Shown: positions 17,616-26,789 of the stretch, in pieces
Layout: each line of letters opens with the position of its first letter
How positions within the stretch are numbered: the stretch's first letter is position 1
Position numbers and translations under genes: made by a program
The notes under the pieces: generated by a model
Told to the model about the DNA's origin: nothing
The model's input: only the letters and a program-made list of their open reading frames with translations
Database searches by the model: none
From: Devosia sp.
GTDB lineage: Bacteria > Pseudomonadota > Alphaproteobacteria > Rhizobiales > Devosiaceae
DNA length: 64,000 bases
NCBI GenBank assembly: GCA_046594305.1
Contig: JBKJTB010000368.1
Location: 3,317 to 67,316 of the forward strand
Direction of reading: 5' to 3'

Positions 17616-19039
17616 GCGACACCAAGCTGTTCATCGATGGAGTCTGGCGCGATGGCGCGGCGGGGAAGCGCCGCGAGGTGACGAACCCGGCCACCGCCGA
17701 GGTCATCGGCACGGTGGCACTCGCCGAACCCGCCGACCTCGACCAGGCGCTGGCCGCCGCAGCGCGCAGCTTTGTAGAATGGCGCTCGGTTTCGGCCTAT
17801 CAGCGCGCCGCGATGCTGCGCCGCGCGGCGCAGACCATCCGCACGGATGCCGCCGCGATTGTCGCCACCATGGTGGCGGAGCAGGGTAAGCCTGTGGCCG
17901 AAGCAAAGATCGAGGCGGGCTCGGCGGCCGATATTCTCGACTGGGCCGCGGGGGAGGCGCAGCGGCACTATGGCTGGACTATTCCCAGCCGGCAGGCGGG
18001 AGTCGTGCAGATGGCGGTGCGCGAGCCGGTCGGGCCGGTCGCCGCATTCACGCCGTGGAATTTCCCGCTCAACCAGCCGACCCGCAAGCTCGCTTCGGCG
18101 CTGGCTGCCGGCTGTTCGGTGATCCTCAAGGCCTCCGAGGAAACCCCCGCCAGCGCCGCGGTGCTGGTCCGGGCGCTCGAGGCGGCGGGCGTGCCGGCAG
18201 GGGTGGTCAATCTGGTGTTCGGCGACGGCCGCACCACGTCGCGCCACCTCATCACCAGTCCCATTGTCCGAAAAGTGTCGTTCACCGGATCGACGCCGGT
18301 GGGGCGGCAGATCGCTGCGCTCGCCGGAGAGCATTTGAAGCGCCTGACGCTCGAACTGGGCGGCCATGCGCCGGTGCTGGTGTTCGAAGATGCAGAGATC
18401 GGCGACACGGTTGCCCGCACGGTTGCGGCAAAGTTCCGCAATTCGGGACAGGTCTGCACCTCGCCGACGCGGTTCCTCGTCGCGCGTTCGCTGCACGAGG
18501 ACTTCGTAACCCGGTTTGCCGACGCGACATCCAAGCTTGTGGTCGGCGATGGCGCCGATCCGGCAACGCAGGTGGGGCCGCTCACCAATGAGCGGCGGAT
18601 CGACGCCATTGAGCGGCTGGTGGCCGACGCGGTCGCGAGAGGGGCACGCCTGCTGACCGGTGGCCGGCGGGCCCAGCGCCCGGGACGGTTCTATGAGCCG
18701 ACGGTGCTCGCCGATGTGCCGGTCGAGGCCGAGATCATGAGCGAGGAGCCGTTCGGCCCGGTGGCGATCATCAATCCGTTCGACACGCTCGAGGATGCGT
18801 TGCGCGAAGCCAACCGCGTGCCGTTCGGGCTTGCCGCCTATGCCTATTCGAAGCGCACCGACCTCGTGCATGCCGCTCTTGCCGGCCTCGAAGCCGGCAT
18901 GGTGTCGGTCAATCATCACGGGCTGGCGCAGGCTGAAACGCCGTTCGGCGGTGTCAAGGAATCGGGATTCGGCACCGAGGGCGGAGCCGAGATGCTCGAC
19001 GCCTACACCGTCACCAAATTCCAGACCGTGCTGAATTGA
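17612..19039 (+). CDS. NAD(P)+-dependent aldehyde dehydrogenase
   Basis: ATG 17612 overlaps the ThDP-enzyme stop (ATGA). Motifs are FTGSTPVGRQI, ELGGHAP and the catalytic Cys in SGQVCTSPTR. Confidence 0.9.
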   Translation: MSDTKLFIDGVWRDGAAGKRREVTNPATAEVIGTVALAEPADLDQALAAAARSFVEWRSVSAYQRAAMLRRAAQTIRTDAAAIVATMVAEQGKPVAEAKIEAGSAADILDWAAGEAQRHYGWTIPSRQAGVVQMAVREPVGPVAAFTPWNFPLNQPTRKLASALAAGCSVILKASEETPASAAVLVRALEAAGVPAGVVNLVFGDGRTTSRHLITSPIVRKVSFTGSTPVGRQIAALAGEHLKRLTLELGGHAPVLVFEDAEIGDTVARTVAAKFRNSGQVCTSPTRFLVARSLHEDFVTRFADATSKLVVGDGADPATQVGPLTNERRIDAIERLVADAVARGARLLTGGRRAQRPGRFYEPTVLADVPVEAEIMSEEPFGPVAIINPFDTLEDALREANRVPFGLAAYAYSKRTDLVHAALAGLEAGMVSVNHHGLAQAETPFGGVKESGFGTEGGAEMLDAYTVTKFQTVLN

Positions 19040-19061
19040 CCGGCCGCGTGGAGCACACACC

Positions 19062-20336
19062 TTGAACGAGATGGTCAAGCCGCCCTGGTACGCGGCGGGT
19101 GCGCTGAGCAGCGTCTCGTATCGGAACTTCCTCACCGGAAATATTCTGGCGCAGACTGCGTTCTGGAGCCAGCGGGTGGCGACCGGCTGGATTGCGTGGG
19201 ACATGACGCACTCGCCGTTCTGGCTGAGCCTTGTGGTGTTCGCGGATCTGTTCCCGGTGCTGCTGCTCGGCCCTATCGCCGGTGCGGTGGCTGACCGGCA
19301 CCACAAGCTCACGCAGGTGCGCATCTGCCAGGCGCTGTCGGCGGTGCAGGGCCTTGTCCTGTTCGGCCTCGCGCTGATGGGCTGGCTGACCATTCCGGCG
19401 CTGCTGCTGCTGGCCCTGACGCTCGGCGTCATCCAGTCCTTCGACCAGCCGGCGCGGCTTGCCCTTGTCGGTCTCCTGGTCGAGCGGCCGCAGATGGCCT
19501 CGGCGGTGGCGATCAATGCGGTCGTGTTCAATTTTGCGCGGTTCCTGGCGCCGGTGGTGACCGGTATCGCCATCGCGCTGCACTCGGCATCGCTCGCCTC
19601 GGCGTTCAGCGCGCTCTGCTTCCTCCTCGCCATGCTGCTGCTGTCGCGAGTGACGACCAAGCCGGAGCCGCGTGCCATTGCGGAGCGCAAAAGCTTCCTC
19701 GGCGATCTTGCCGCCGGCGTGCGCTACACCTTCACGCACGAGGCCCTGCTGGTCTCGCTGGCGCTGATCACCGCCATCAATGTGGGGGCGCGGCCGATCC
19801 TCGAGCTATTGCCGGCGCTGTCGAGCCAGGTGTTTCGCGTCGATGCCTCGGGCTTCGCCGGCCTTGGCGCATCGATGGGCGCGGGCGCAGCGCTGCTCGC
19901 CTTGCTGCTCGTGTTCTTCGCCCAGCGGGCCAATCTGGTGGTCGTGTTTATCGCTTGTGGCGTCGGAGTCACGGCGACGGCGATCGCGGTCTGCTTTGCC
20001 TCGCAGTACTGGCAGGGCATCGCCGCCATGTTCTTCCTCGGTGCAGCGCTGACCGGCAGTGCCGTGGCAGCACAATCGATCGTGCAGCTTACCGCCGACG
20101 ACGCCATGAAGGGCCGGGTGCTCAGTCTTTACGGCATGCTGTTCCGCGCCGGTCCGGCGGTCGGCACGCTCGCCATCGGGTCGGCGGCAGAATTCACCGG
20201 GCTGCAGGTTCCGATCGCCGTCGCCGCGGCGATGATGGCCGTCGTCACGGTGTGGGCCTTCGTGCAGCGGCGCAAGGTGTCCGACGCCATGGCCAAGGCC
20301 GGCGAGGCGCGGCTCAGCCCAGCCGACCCCGGCTGA
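19062..20336 (+). CDS. MFS transporter (EntS/MFS_3-like)
   Basis: About 12 predicted TM segments, with FLTGNILAQTAFW...PIAGAVADRHHK typical of this MFS subfamily. Start is TTG 19062 or ATG 19071. Confidence 0.8.
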   Translation: MNEMVKPPWYAAGALSSVSYRNFLTGNILAQTAFWSQRVATGWIAWDMTHSPFWLSLVVFADLFPVLLLGPIAGAVADRHHKLTQVRICQALSAVQGLVLFGLALMGWLTIPALLLLALTLGVIQSFDQPARLALVGLLVERPQMASAVAINAVVFNFARFLAPVVTGIAIALHSASLASAFSALCFLLAMLLLSRVTTKPEPRAIAERKSFLGDLAAGVRYTFTHEALLVSLALITAINVGARPILELLPALSSQVFRVDASGFAGLGASMGAGAALLALLLVFFAQRANLVVVFIACGVGVTATAIAVCFASQYWQGIAAMFFLGAALTGSAVAAQSIVQLTADDAMKGRVLSLYGMLFRAGPAVGTLAIGSAAEFTGLQVPIAVAAAMMAVVTVWAFVQRRKVSDAMAKAGEARLSPADPG

Positions 20337-20342
20337 TCGCGA

Positions 20343-21005
20343 TCAGCCTTCGATCAACTCGCGCATGCGACGCACGGCGGCGCCCGGGGCGCTGAGTACG
20401 GGCACGGAGAGCGCGGCCTGCACCGCACTCTGCGCGCGCGACGTCGAGAAGTGGGCCAGCATCACCGTGTCGACGCCCGCAAGCTCCGGGGCCTTTTCGG
20501 CCAGCAGCCGGTTGTGCGTCGCGGCATCGCCGGCGCGCAGCGCGGTCATTGCATCGGCCACCAGCACGGTTTCGAGCGTCGCAGGCGAGCCGGCCTCGCG
20601 CACATAATCGTCGAATTCGTCGCGCATGGTGCCGACCGCCGGCCCGAAGGTTGCCAGCATGCCGATCCGCGTGCCCTGCGCCACGGCGGCGTGAAACATC
20701 GCCTCGTTGGGCTTCAGCACCGGCACCGAAATTTCGGCCGCCATCTGATCGATCGCCGGCCCGAAGGCGGAGCAGGTGACCAAAATGCCGTCGGCGCCGA
20801 CGGAATAGGCGTAGCGGCCAAAGCGCACGAAGCGGTCGATCATCGCATCGGTCAGCGTCGGTTCGGCGGCGCGGTCGGGGCTCAGCGAATCATCGAGGAT
20901 GTTGACCAGCTGCGGCTCCGGCCAGAGCTCCTTGAACGCGGTCTGGACCGGCTCCATGGCCACCGGCGTGGCGTGCAGAAGGATAATGCGTGGCGTTACG
21001 GGCAT
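20343..21005 (-). CDS. Asp/Glu/hydantoin racemase superfamily protein (arylmalonate decarboxylase / maleate isomerase-like)
   Basis: 220 aa with ...ADGILVTCSAFGP... and ...DTVMLAHFSTS... half-site motifs of the racemase fold. Confidence 0.7.
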   Translation of the reverse strand: MPVTPRIILLHATPVAMEPVQTAFKELWPEPQLVNILDDSLSPDRAAEPTLTDAMIDRFVRFGRYAYSVGADGILVTCSAFGPAIDQMAAEISVPVLKPNEAMFHAAVAQGTRIGMLATFGPAVGTMRDEFDDYVREAGSPATLETVLVADAMTALRAGDAATHNRLLAEKAPELAGVDTVMLAHFSTSRAQSAVQAALSVPVLSAPGAAVRRMRELIEG

Positions 21006-21025
21006 GAAGGTCCCCCGGGTTTCGG

Positions 21026-21724
21026 CTAAAACTGCGGGACGAGCCCGGTGCGTGTGTAGGCGGCGCGGGCGTCGTCGGTCAGCAGCGCGTCGATGAAGCG
21101 CGCCGCAGCGTGGGGGTTCTTCGCTCCGGTGAACACCGCGGCGCTGAAATCGGTCGTGGCCTGCAGCTCATCGGGGAACGGTCCGACGATCTGGATGCCC
21201 GGCACCACCATCAGCTCGCTGAGCTGCTGGATGGCGAGTTCGACTTCGCCACTGGCGAGGCGTTCGCCGGTGAGCCCGCGCGGGATCACCAGCGCCTTGG
21301 CGCGAATGGCCTCGCCGATGCCCAGCCGGTCGATCAGCTTTTCGAAGTAGATGCCGCTGGCGCCGGCCTGCGAAAACACCAGCGAGGGGGTGGCTAGAAG
21401 TGTGTTCTTGAGCGCTTCGGCGGTGGTGATGTCAGGCCGCGGGGCGCCCGCCTTGACAGCAAGACCCACCACCGCCTGCGCAATCGGACGGCGGCTTGCC
21501 GTGTCGATCATGCCTTTGCCCGCCAGTTCATCGAGCGCCCAGTCGATGGCGACGATGCCGTCGGCGACCTCCCCGGCGGCGATGCGCTGCATCAGCGCGA
21601 CGGTCGGGTCCCAGATCAATTGGACCGTTGCGCCATCGCGTTCGAACGCCGGCAGCACGGTGTCGTTGACCATCGCCAGGATGGCCAGCGCACTCATGAT
21701 GGTCACCGGCTGCGTGTCGCTCAT
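21026..21724 (-). CDS. periplasmic-binding-protein-fold protein (ModA-like) lacking a signal peptide
   Basis: 232 aa from ATG 21724. A type-II PBP pattern (VTIMSALAI...FERD..., ...VFSQAGASGIYFEKL...) begins at residue 8. The in-frame upstream extension is S/T/P-rich, overlaps the RraA-like gene and has no hydrophobic leader. Confidence 0.65.
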   Translation of the reverse strand: MSDTQPVTIMSALAILAMVNDTVLPAFERDGATVQLIWDPTVALMQRIAAGEVADGIVAIDWALDELAGKGMIDTASRRPIAQAVVGLAVKAGAPRPDITTAEALKNTLLATPSLVFSQAGASGIYFEKLIDRLGIGEAIRAKALVIPRGLTGERLASGEVELAIQQLSELMVVPGIQIVGPFPDELQATTDFSAAVFTGAKNPHAAARFIDALLTDDARAAYTRTGLVPQF

Positions 21725-21740
21725 TCCCAACTCCAGTGGA

Positions 21741-22421
21741 TCAGAGATAGTCGACCTTCCAGTCGATATTGGCGAGGCAATCGTCGATCCATTTGCGGTC
21801 GACCGTGCCATTGCGCACGCGGACGCGCTGGGCGTTCTCGCCTTCGAGGCGCTTGGCCGCAGCGACCTGGATTGCTTCGGCGATGTCGTAGGCGATGGCG
21901 ATGACGCCGTCATCGTCGCCGACCATCATGTCGCCGGGCTCGATCACCATGCCCTCGATGGCGATGGGGATGTTCACCTCGCCGGGGCCGTCATGCAGCG
22001 GACCGCGATGGGTAACGCCGCAGGCGAACACCGGGAACGGATGGTTGCGGACGTGGCCATAGTCGCGGATGGCGCCATAGACGATGACACCGGCCAGCTT
22101 GCGGGTCTCGCAATGGGTGAGCATCATCTCGCCCATGATGGCGTTGGTCAGGTCGCCGCCCGCATCGACGACGAGGATGTCGCCGGGCTGCGCCGTGTCG
22201 ATCGCCTTGTGAACGAAGAGGTTATCGCCGGGCCGCGTCTTGCAGGTGAAGGCGGGGCCCGCGAGGACGGTGCCGCCGGCATGCATCGGCCGGAGGCTGG
22301 CGCCGCCGGCGAGCAGGCGGGACATCGAATCCGAGATGACGGCGGTGGGCAGATCGCGATATTTCGCGACAAGCTCGGCCGCGACCCGGCGCTTGGGTTG
22401 CATGACCCGCAGATTGGGCAT
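21741..22421 (-). CDS. RraA family protein (4-hydroxy-4-methyl-2-oxoglutarate aldolase / oxaloacetate decarboxylase-like)
   Basis: 226 aa from ATG 22421, with motifs ...PGDILVVDAGGDLTNAIMGEMM... and ...GVIVYGAIRD... characteristic of the RraA/HMG-aldolase fold. Confidence 0.8.
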   Translation of the reverse strand: MPNLRVMQPKRRVAAELVAKYRDLPTAVISDSMSRLLAGGASLRPMHAGGTVLAGPAFTCKTRPGDNLFVHKAIDTAQPGDILVVDAGGDLTNAIMGEMMLTHCETRKLAGVIVYGAIRDYGHVRNHPFPVFACGVTHRGPLHDGPGEVNIPIAIEGMVIEPGDMMVGDDDGVIAIAYDIAEAIQVAAAKRLEGENAQRVRVRNGTVDRKWIDDCLANIDWKVDYL

Positions 22422-22530
22422 TTCGGCGCCTCGTGAGATTTTGAAACTGGCCCAATCCTTAGGGACCGCAGCAGGTGTTGGGCCAATAGAGAATTGCAAT
22501 CGCGGCCATAGATGTGATTGATACCCGGCG

Positions 22531-23466
22531 ATGGCTGGCTCCCTCGATCTCAAACGTCTGCGCTATTTCCGAGCCATTGCCGAGCATGGCTCGCTGTCGG
22601 CCGCGGGGCGCGCGCTCAACCTCGCGCAGCCGGCCCTCAGCCATCATGTCACCGAGCTCGAAACGGGACTCGGTGTGCGGCTCCTCGAGCGCCGGCACGA
22701 TGGGGTGGTGCTGACCCCGGCGGGGCAATTGCTGCTGCGCCACGCGGTGGACATCGGCACGCGCGTCGAGCTGGCGGAGGCAGAGCTGAGCCGGTTTGCG
22801 CAGGATCTGGGTGGCAAGGTCAAGATCCGGCTGGCGGTGATCGGTTCGCTTGCCGCGGACCTGACGCCCATCCTCGTGGGAGCACTGGCGCGCGATATGC
22901 CGGAAGTGGTGTTGCGGATCACCGAAGCCGGGACGCTTGACAGCCGCGAACTGCTGGATCGCGGCGATGCGGACCTCGCCGTGCACCTCACGGCCAATGG
23001 CGAGGACGATGTTCTGCTCGCCACCGAGCAGCTGTATTTCGTCACGGCCACCGCGATGGGCGGCGCCAGTGGTCCGATCCACTTTGCCGAAGTCATCGGC
23101 CAGCGGCTGATCCTGCCGGCACTGGGCAATCCGCTGCGCAGCTTTGTCGAGCAGGCCGCGGTGCGGGCGGGACTGCGGCTCGAGATCGCGCTCGAAATCG
23201 ATGGGGCGGAGCCACGGCGCCAGGCAGTACTCGGTGGGCTTGGCAGTACGATCCTCGGGGCGCATTCGGTCGCTGCCGGCGAGGGCAAAGCAGGGCTGCT
23301 GGTGCGTCCCATCACCGCGCCGGAGCTGTTCCGGCCGATCTATCTGGGCGCGCGTCGCGGGCTCGATCCGGCATTGGTGTCGCGCATCGGCAGTGCACTG
23401 GCACGATCGCTTGAAGGCTTCGATATCGAGATCGCGCCGCGGACCGAAGCAGGGGCTCGCGGTTGA
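22531..23466 (+). CDS. LysR family transcriptional regulator
   Basis: wHTH LKRLRYFRAIAEHGSLSAAGRALNLAQPALSHHVTELE. The gene is divergent from the RraA-like operon across a 109-nt spacer. Confidence 0.85.
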   Translation: MAGSLDLKRLRYFRAIAEHGSLSAAGRALNLAQPALSHHVTELETGLGVRLLERRHDGVVLTPAGQLLLRHAVDIGTRVELAEAELSRFAQDLGGKVKIRLAVIGSLAADLTPILVGALARDMPEVVLRITEAGTLDSRELLDRGDADLAVHLTANGEDDVLLATEQLYFVTATAMGGASGPIHFAEVIGQRLILPALGNPLRSFVEQAAVRAGLRLEIALEIDGAEPRRQAVLGGLGSTILGAHSVAAGEGKAGLLVRPITAPELFRPIYLGARRGLDPALVSRIGSALARSLEGFDIEIAPRTEAGARG

Positions 23467-23519
23467 CGGCCCAAACGGCGCCGGACTAGTAAGACTCTCC
23501 TTCATAGGGTCGTCCGCTC

Positions 23520-24305
23520 ATGCTCAGATTCAACGCCAATATCACGCAGCTCTACACCGATCTGCCGTTCCTCGATCGCTTCGGCGCTGCGGCGGCGGAT
23601 GGCTTCAAGGGCGTTGAGATGCGATCGCCTTTCGAGGAGACCATCGAGGTCGTGGGCGAGCGGCTGGCGACGCACGGCCTCGAGCTGGTGCTGTTCAATT
23701 TCCCCGCCGGGAATTGGGGCAAGGGCGAGCGCGGCATCGCCTGCCTGCCGGGGCGCGAGGAGGAGTTCCGCGCGAGTCTGGCGACGGCGCTCGACTATGC
23801 GACGGCCCTCGGTTGCACGCGGCTCAACTGCCTCGCGGGTCTCACGCCTGCCGGCGTTTCTCACGACATGGTCGAGGCAACGCTGGTCGGCAATCTGCGC
23901 CACGCGGCCGCGGTGCTCGCCGATCACGGCATCAAGCTGCAGCTCGAAGCCATCAACCAGCGCGACAATCCCGGCGGCTACGTTCAGACCACCGCGCAGT
24001 ACGAGCGGATTGCCGAGCAGGTCGGCCACGACAACCTCTATCTGCAGTACGATTTCTACCACATGCAGGTGATGCAGGGCGATCTCATGCGGCAGTTCAC
24101 GCGGCTGCAAAAAGTCATCTCGCATGTGCAGGTCGCCGACAATCCGGGCCGCCACGAACCGGGCACCGGCGAGATCAACTACGCCTTCATTTTCTCCGAG
24201 CTCGAGCGGCTGGGCTACGACGGCTGGATCGGCTGCGAATACGTCCCCGCCGGAAAAACCAGCGACGGTCTCGGCTGGATGCGGGACGCACTCACGGTGC
24301 GCTGA
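23520..24305 (+). CDS. hyi: hydroxypyruvate isomerase family protein
   Basis: 261 aa. MLRFNANITQLY...PAGNWGKGERGIACLPGREEEF...LQYDFYHMQVMQGDL...ADNPGRHEPGTGEINY...GWIGCEY is colinear with E. coli Hyi as I remember it. Confidence 0.85.
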   Translation: MLRFNANITQLYTDLPFLDRFGAAAADGFKGVEMRSPFEETIEVVGERLATHGLELVLFNFPAGNWGKGERGIACLPGREEEFRASLATALDYATALGCTRLNCLAGLTPAGVSHDMVEATLVGNLRHAAAVLADHGIKLQLEAINQRDNPGGYVQTTAQYERIAEQVGHDNLYLQYDFYHMQVMQGDLMRQFTRLQKVISHVQVADNPGRHEPGTGEINYAFIFSELERLGYDGWIGCEYVPAGKTSDGLGWMRDALTVR

Positions 24306-24328
24306 AGCGTCGTCGCCGGTGAGTGATG

Positions 24329-24373
24329 CGGCGGGGCTCACGGTCGAAGCGAGCCGCCGTTTGCCTTGATTTG
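24329..24373 (+). terminator. putative intrinsic terminator downstream of hyi
   Basis: Stem CGGCGG(GG)CTC / GAGCCGCCG (9 bp with a 2-nt bulge, 11-nt loop) is followed by TTTGCCTTGATTTG. Confidence 0.35.
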
Positions 24374-24475
24374 ACCAGTTGAACCGAGACGGCGGTCTCC
24401 GCCCTGAAGCGGACATCACGCGGGTAATCGAAGCCACTTGCGAACCCACTTGTCACTCGCCAATTTCCGTGTATT

Positions 24476-24498
24476 TAATCGGTTTAGTAATCGGGTTA
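24476..24498. promoter_or_regulatory. tandem imperfect palindromes TAATCGGTTTA / TAATCGGGTTA, candidate LacI-family operators
   Basis: Two 11-nt units, 12 nt apart, lie about 85 nt upstream of the SBP start. The TAATCG half-site resembles CG-centred LacI operators. The LacI gene closes the locus at 29041. Confidence 0.3.
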
Positions 24499-24580
24499 CG
24501 AGCGCATCGGCTTTCGCTGTGAATGACGCCAATCCCGGTGCTTAAGGCGCGAAATGCGCTATCATAGGGAGAGGAACGCT

Positions 24581-25836
24581 ATGCTTCGTCGTAGATCGAT
24601 CATCCATGCCTTCGCTGTGGCCGCGGCGTTGTCGGTAGCCCATTGCTGGTCTTTGCGGCCGATGGCGATGTGGTCATCTGGCACTATTGGGACGGTGCCA
24701 ATGCCGACGCCTTCGATGCTGCCGTGGCCGACTATGCCGCCGCGCATCCCGATGTGAACATCAGTGCCATGAACGTGCCGAACGGCGAATTCCTCACCAA
24801 GCTGCAGGCGTCGGCGCAGTCGAGCACCCTGCCGACCGTCGCCATCGGCGACCTCGTCTGGGTCCCGCAGATTGCCGAGATCGGCAGCCTCGCCGATTTG
24901 CGCACGCTGCTGCCGCAGAGCGTCGTCGACGACATCAATCCGGCGCTCACCGGCTTCGGCTCGATCGGCGGCAAGCTGGTCTCGGTGCCGGTGTCGGCCA
25001 ACAACCTCGCCTACATGTACAACAAGACGCTCTACACCGAAGCTGGCCTCGATCCGAATGCCCCGCCTGCGACCTGGGAAGACCTGATCGCGCAGGGCAA
25101 GATCATCAAGGACAAGACCGGCAAGCCGGCCTACGAATTGTTCACCCAGGCTGGCGACAATGGCGAAGGGCTGACCTGGAACTTCCAGGTCAATCTCTGG
25201 CAGGCCGGTGGCGAGTTCCTCACCGCCGACAACAGCGCCGCCGCCTTCAACAGCGAAGCCGGCAAGAAGGCGCTGGGCTTCTGGAAGCAGTTGATCGACG
25301 AGGGCATCAGCCCCGTTGCGCAGTGGGGCGTGTTCGAGAAGGCCGGCGCCGCCGCGGCGCAGGAAGGCTCGTGGATGGTCGGCATCTGGGCGCCCGATCC
25401 GCCGTTCGATTTCGGCGTCGCCAAGGCGCCCTATCCCGCCGATGGCAAGCCCGCCACAAATCTCGGCGGTGAACAGGCGATGGTGTTCGCCGGCAACGAT
25501 GCCTCGAGCAAGAATGCCGCCGACTTCCTCGCCTGGTTCCTGTCGCCCGAGCAGGTGAGCAAATGGAGCCAGACCACCGGCATGCTGCCGGTGACCAAGT
25601 CCGTCGCCGGCAGTGCCGACTATCTGAGCTGGGTCGATGCCAACCAGCCGCGCCTCAAGCCCTATGTCGAGCAGATGGCCGACGCCCATGCCCGGCCGAA
25701 CACGCCGCTCTATCCAAAAGTCTCCTTGGCCTTCGCCAAGCAGATCGAAAAGGCATTGCGTGGCGAGATCGGCATCGACGATGCGCTCGCCGCGGCCGAG
25801 ACCGACGTCAACGCCATCCTCAAGGGCGGCGCCTGA
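24581..25836 (+). pseudogene. sugar ABC transporter substrate-binding protein (CUT1 family) with frameshift between signal peptide and mature domain
   Basis: GGAGAGGA RBS and ATG 24581 encode the signal peptide MLRRRSIIHAFAVAAALSVA, but that frame stops at 24757. The SBP body (LLVFAADGDVVIWHYWDG...) is in the -1 frame and opens only at TTG 24643. A 1-nt gain near the CCC run at about 24639 would restore one ORF. Confidence 0.7.
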
Positions 25837-26789
25837 TGCATGGAACGCAATCCTCCTCCCGGATTGCACCGTCCGGCCGCAGCAGCGGCCGGACGTCTTC
25901 ATTGGCGAGCGAGCGCTACAGCGCCGAAGACGTCTGGACCGCCGCGGCGTTTCTCGCGCCGGCCCTGATCCTGCTCGGCATCTTCGTCATCTACCCGATC
26001 GTCTCGGCGGGTTGGATCAGCCTGATCGATTGGCGCGGCTTCGACCCGGTTCGTCCCTTCATCGGGCTCGGCAACTATGTGCGCATGGTGCACGATCCCG
26101 AGGTCTGGAACGCACTTCTGGTGACCTGCCTCTATGCCGGAGGGGTGTGTGTCCTCAGCGTCGTTACCGGGATGGCCGTCGCCCTGCTGCTCGACGCGCC
26201 GATCCGCGGCATCGCGCTCTATCGCAGCATCTACTTCCTGCCGGCGATTACCTCGTCGGTCGCCGCCGCCATCGTCTGGCGCTACATGCTCGACCCCGCC
26301 GGCTTCATCAATGTCAGCCTCGGGCATCTCGGCATCCCCGGTCCGGACTGGCTCAACAATCGCTGGCTGGCGCTTGTCGCGCTGATCCTGCTCACCGTGT
26401 GGAAGAACGTCGGCTTCAATGCCATCCTCTACCTCACCGCCATGCAGGCGCTGCCCGACCATGTGTTCGAAGCTGCCCGGATCGATGGCGCCAGTGCCCG
26501 CCAGCGGGTGCTGAGCATAACGGTGCCGCTGCTCAGGCCGATGACGTTCTTTGTCGTCGTGCAGGCGCTGATCACCAGCTTCCAGTCGTTCGACCTCGTC
26601 TACGTGCTGACCGGCGGCGGCCCGAGCGGCGGCACCGAAACCATCGGCATGCTGATGTATCGCAATGCCTTCCGGCTGGGCGACTACAGCTACGGCACGG
26701 CGATCGCCTTCCTCAGCCTCGCGCTGGTGCTGATCGTGGCTCTGGTGCAATGGCGCGCCTCGGGCGCGGGGAGCTCGTTTGTGCGATGA
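25836..26789 (+). CDS. sugar ABC transporter permease (MalF/AglF-like)
   Basis: ATG 25836 overlaps the SBP stop (TGATG). The protein is multi-TM with EAA loop FEAARIDGASARQRVLSITVPLLRP. Confidence 0.85.
   Translation: MHGTQSSSRIAPSGRSSGRTSSLASERYSAEDVWTAAAFLAPALILLGIFVIYPIVSAGWISLIDWRGFDPVRPFIGLGNYVRMVHDPEVWNALLVTCLYAGGVCVLSVVTGMAVALLLDAPIRGIALYRSIYFLPAITSSVAAAIVWRYMLDPAGFINVSLGHLGIPGPDWLNNRWLALVALILLTVWKNVGFNAILYLTAMQALPDHVFEAARIDGASARQRVLSITVPLLRPMTFFVVVQALITSFQSFDLVYVLTGGGPSGGTETIGMLMYRNAFRLGDYSYGTAIAFLSLALVLIVALVQWRASGAGSSFVR

Noticed and set aside
24476-24498. Short tandem TAATCGG(G)TTA units as a possible CRISPR or tandem-repeat array.
   Set aside because: There are only two 11-nt units 12 nt apart, located in a promoter region. 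They are interpreted as operator half-palindromes. No CRISPR-like repeat-spacer structure occurs anywhere in the window.
24581-24660. Programmed -1 ribosomal frameshift as the explanation for the split SBP gene.
   Set aside because: There is no X-XXY-YYZ slippery heptamer or downstream pseudoknot-like structure at the frame junction. A 1-nt indel in a CCC run is the simpler explanation.
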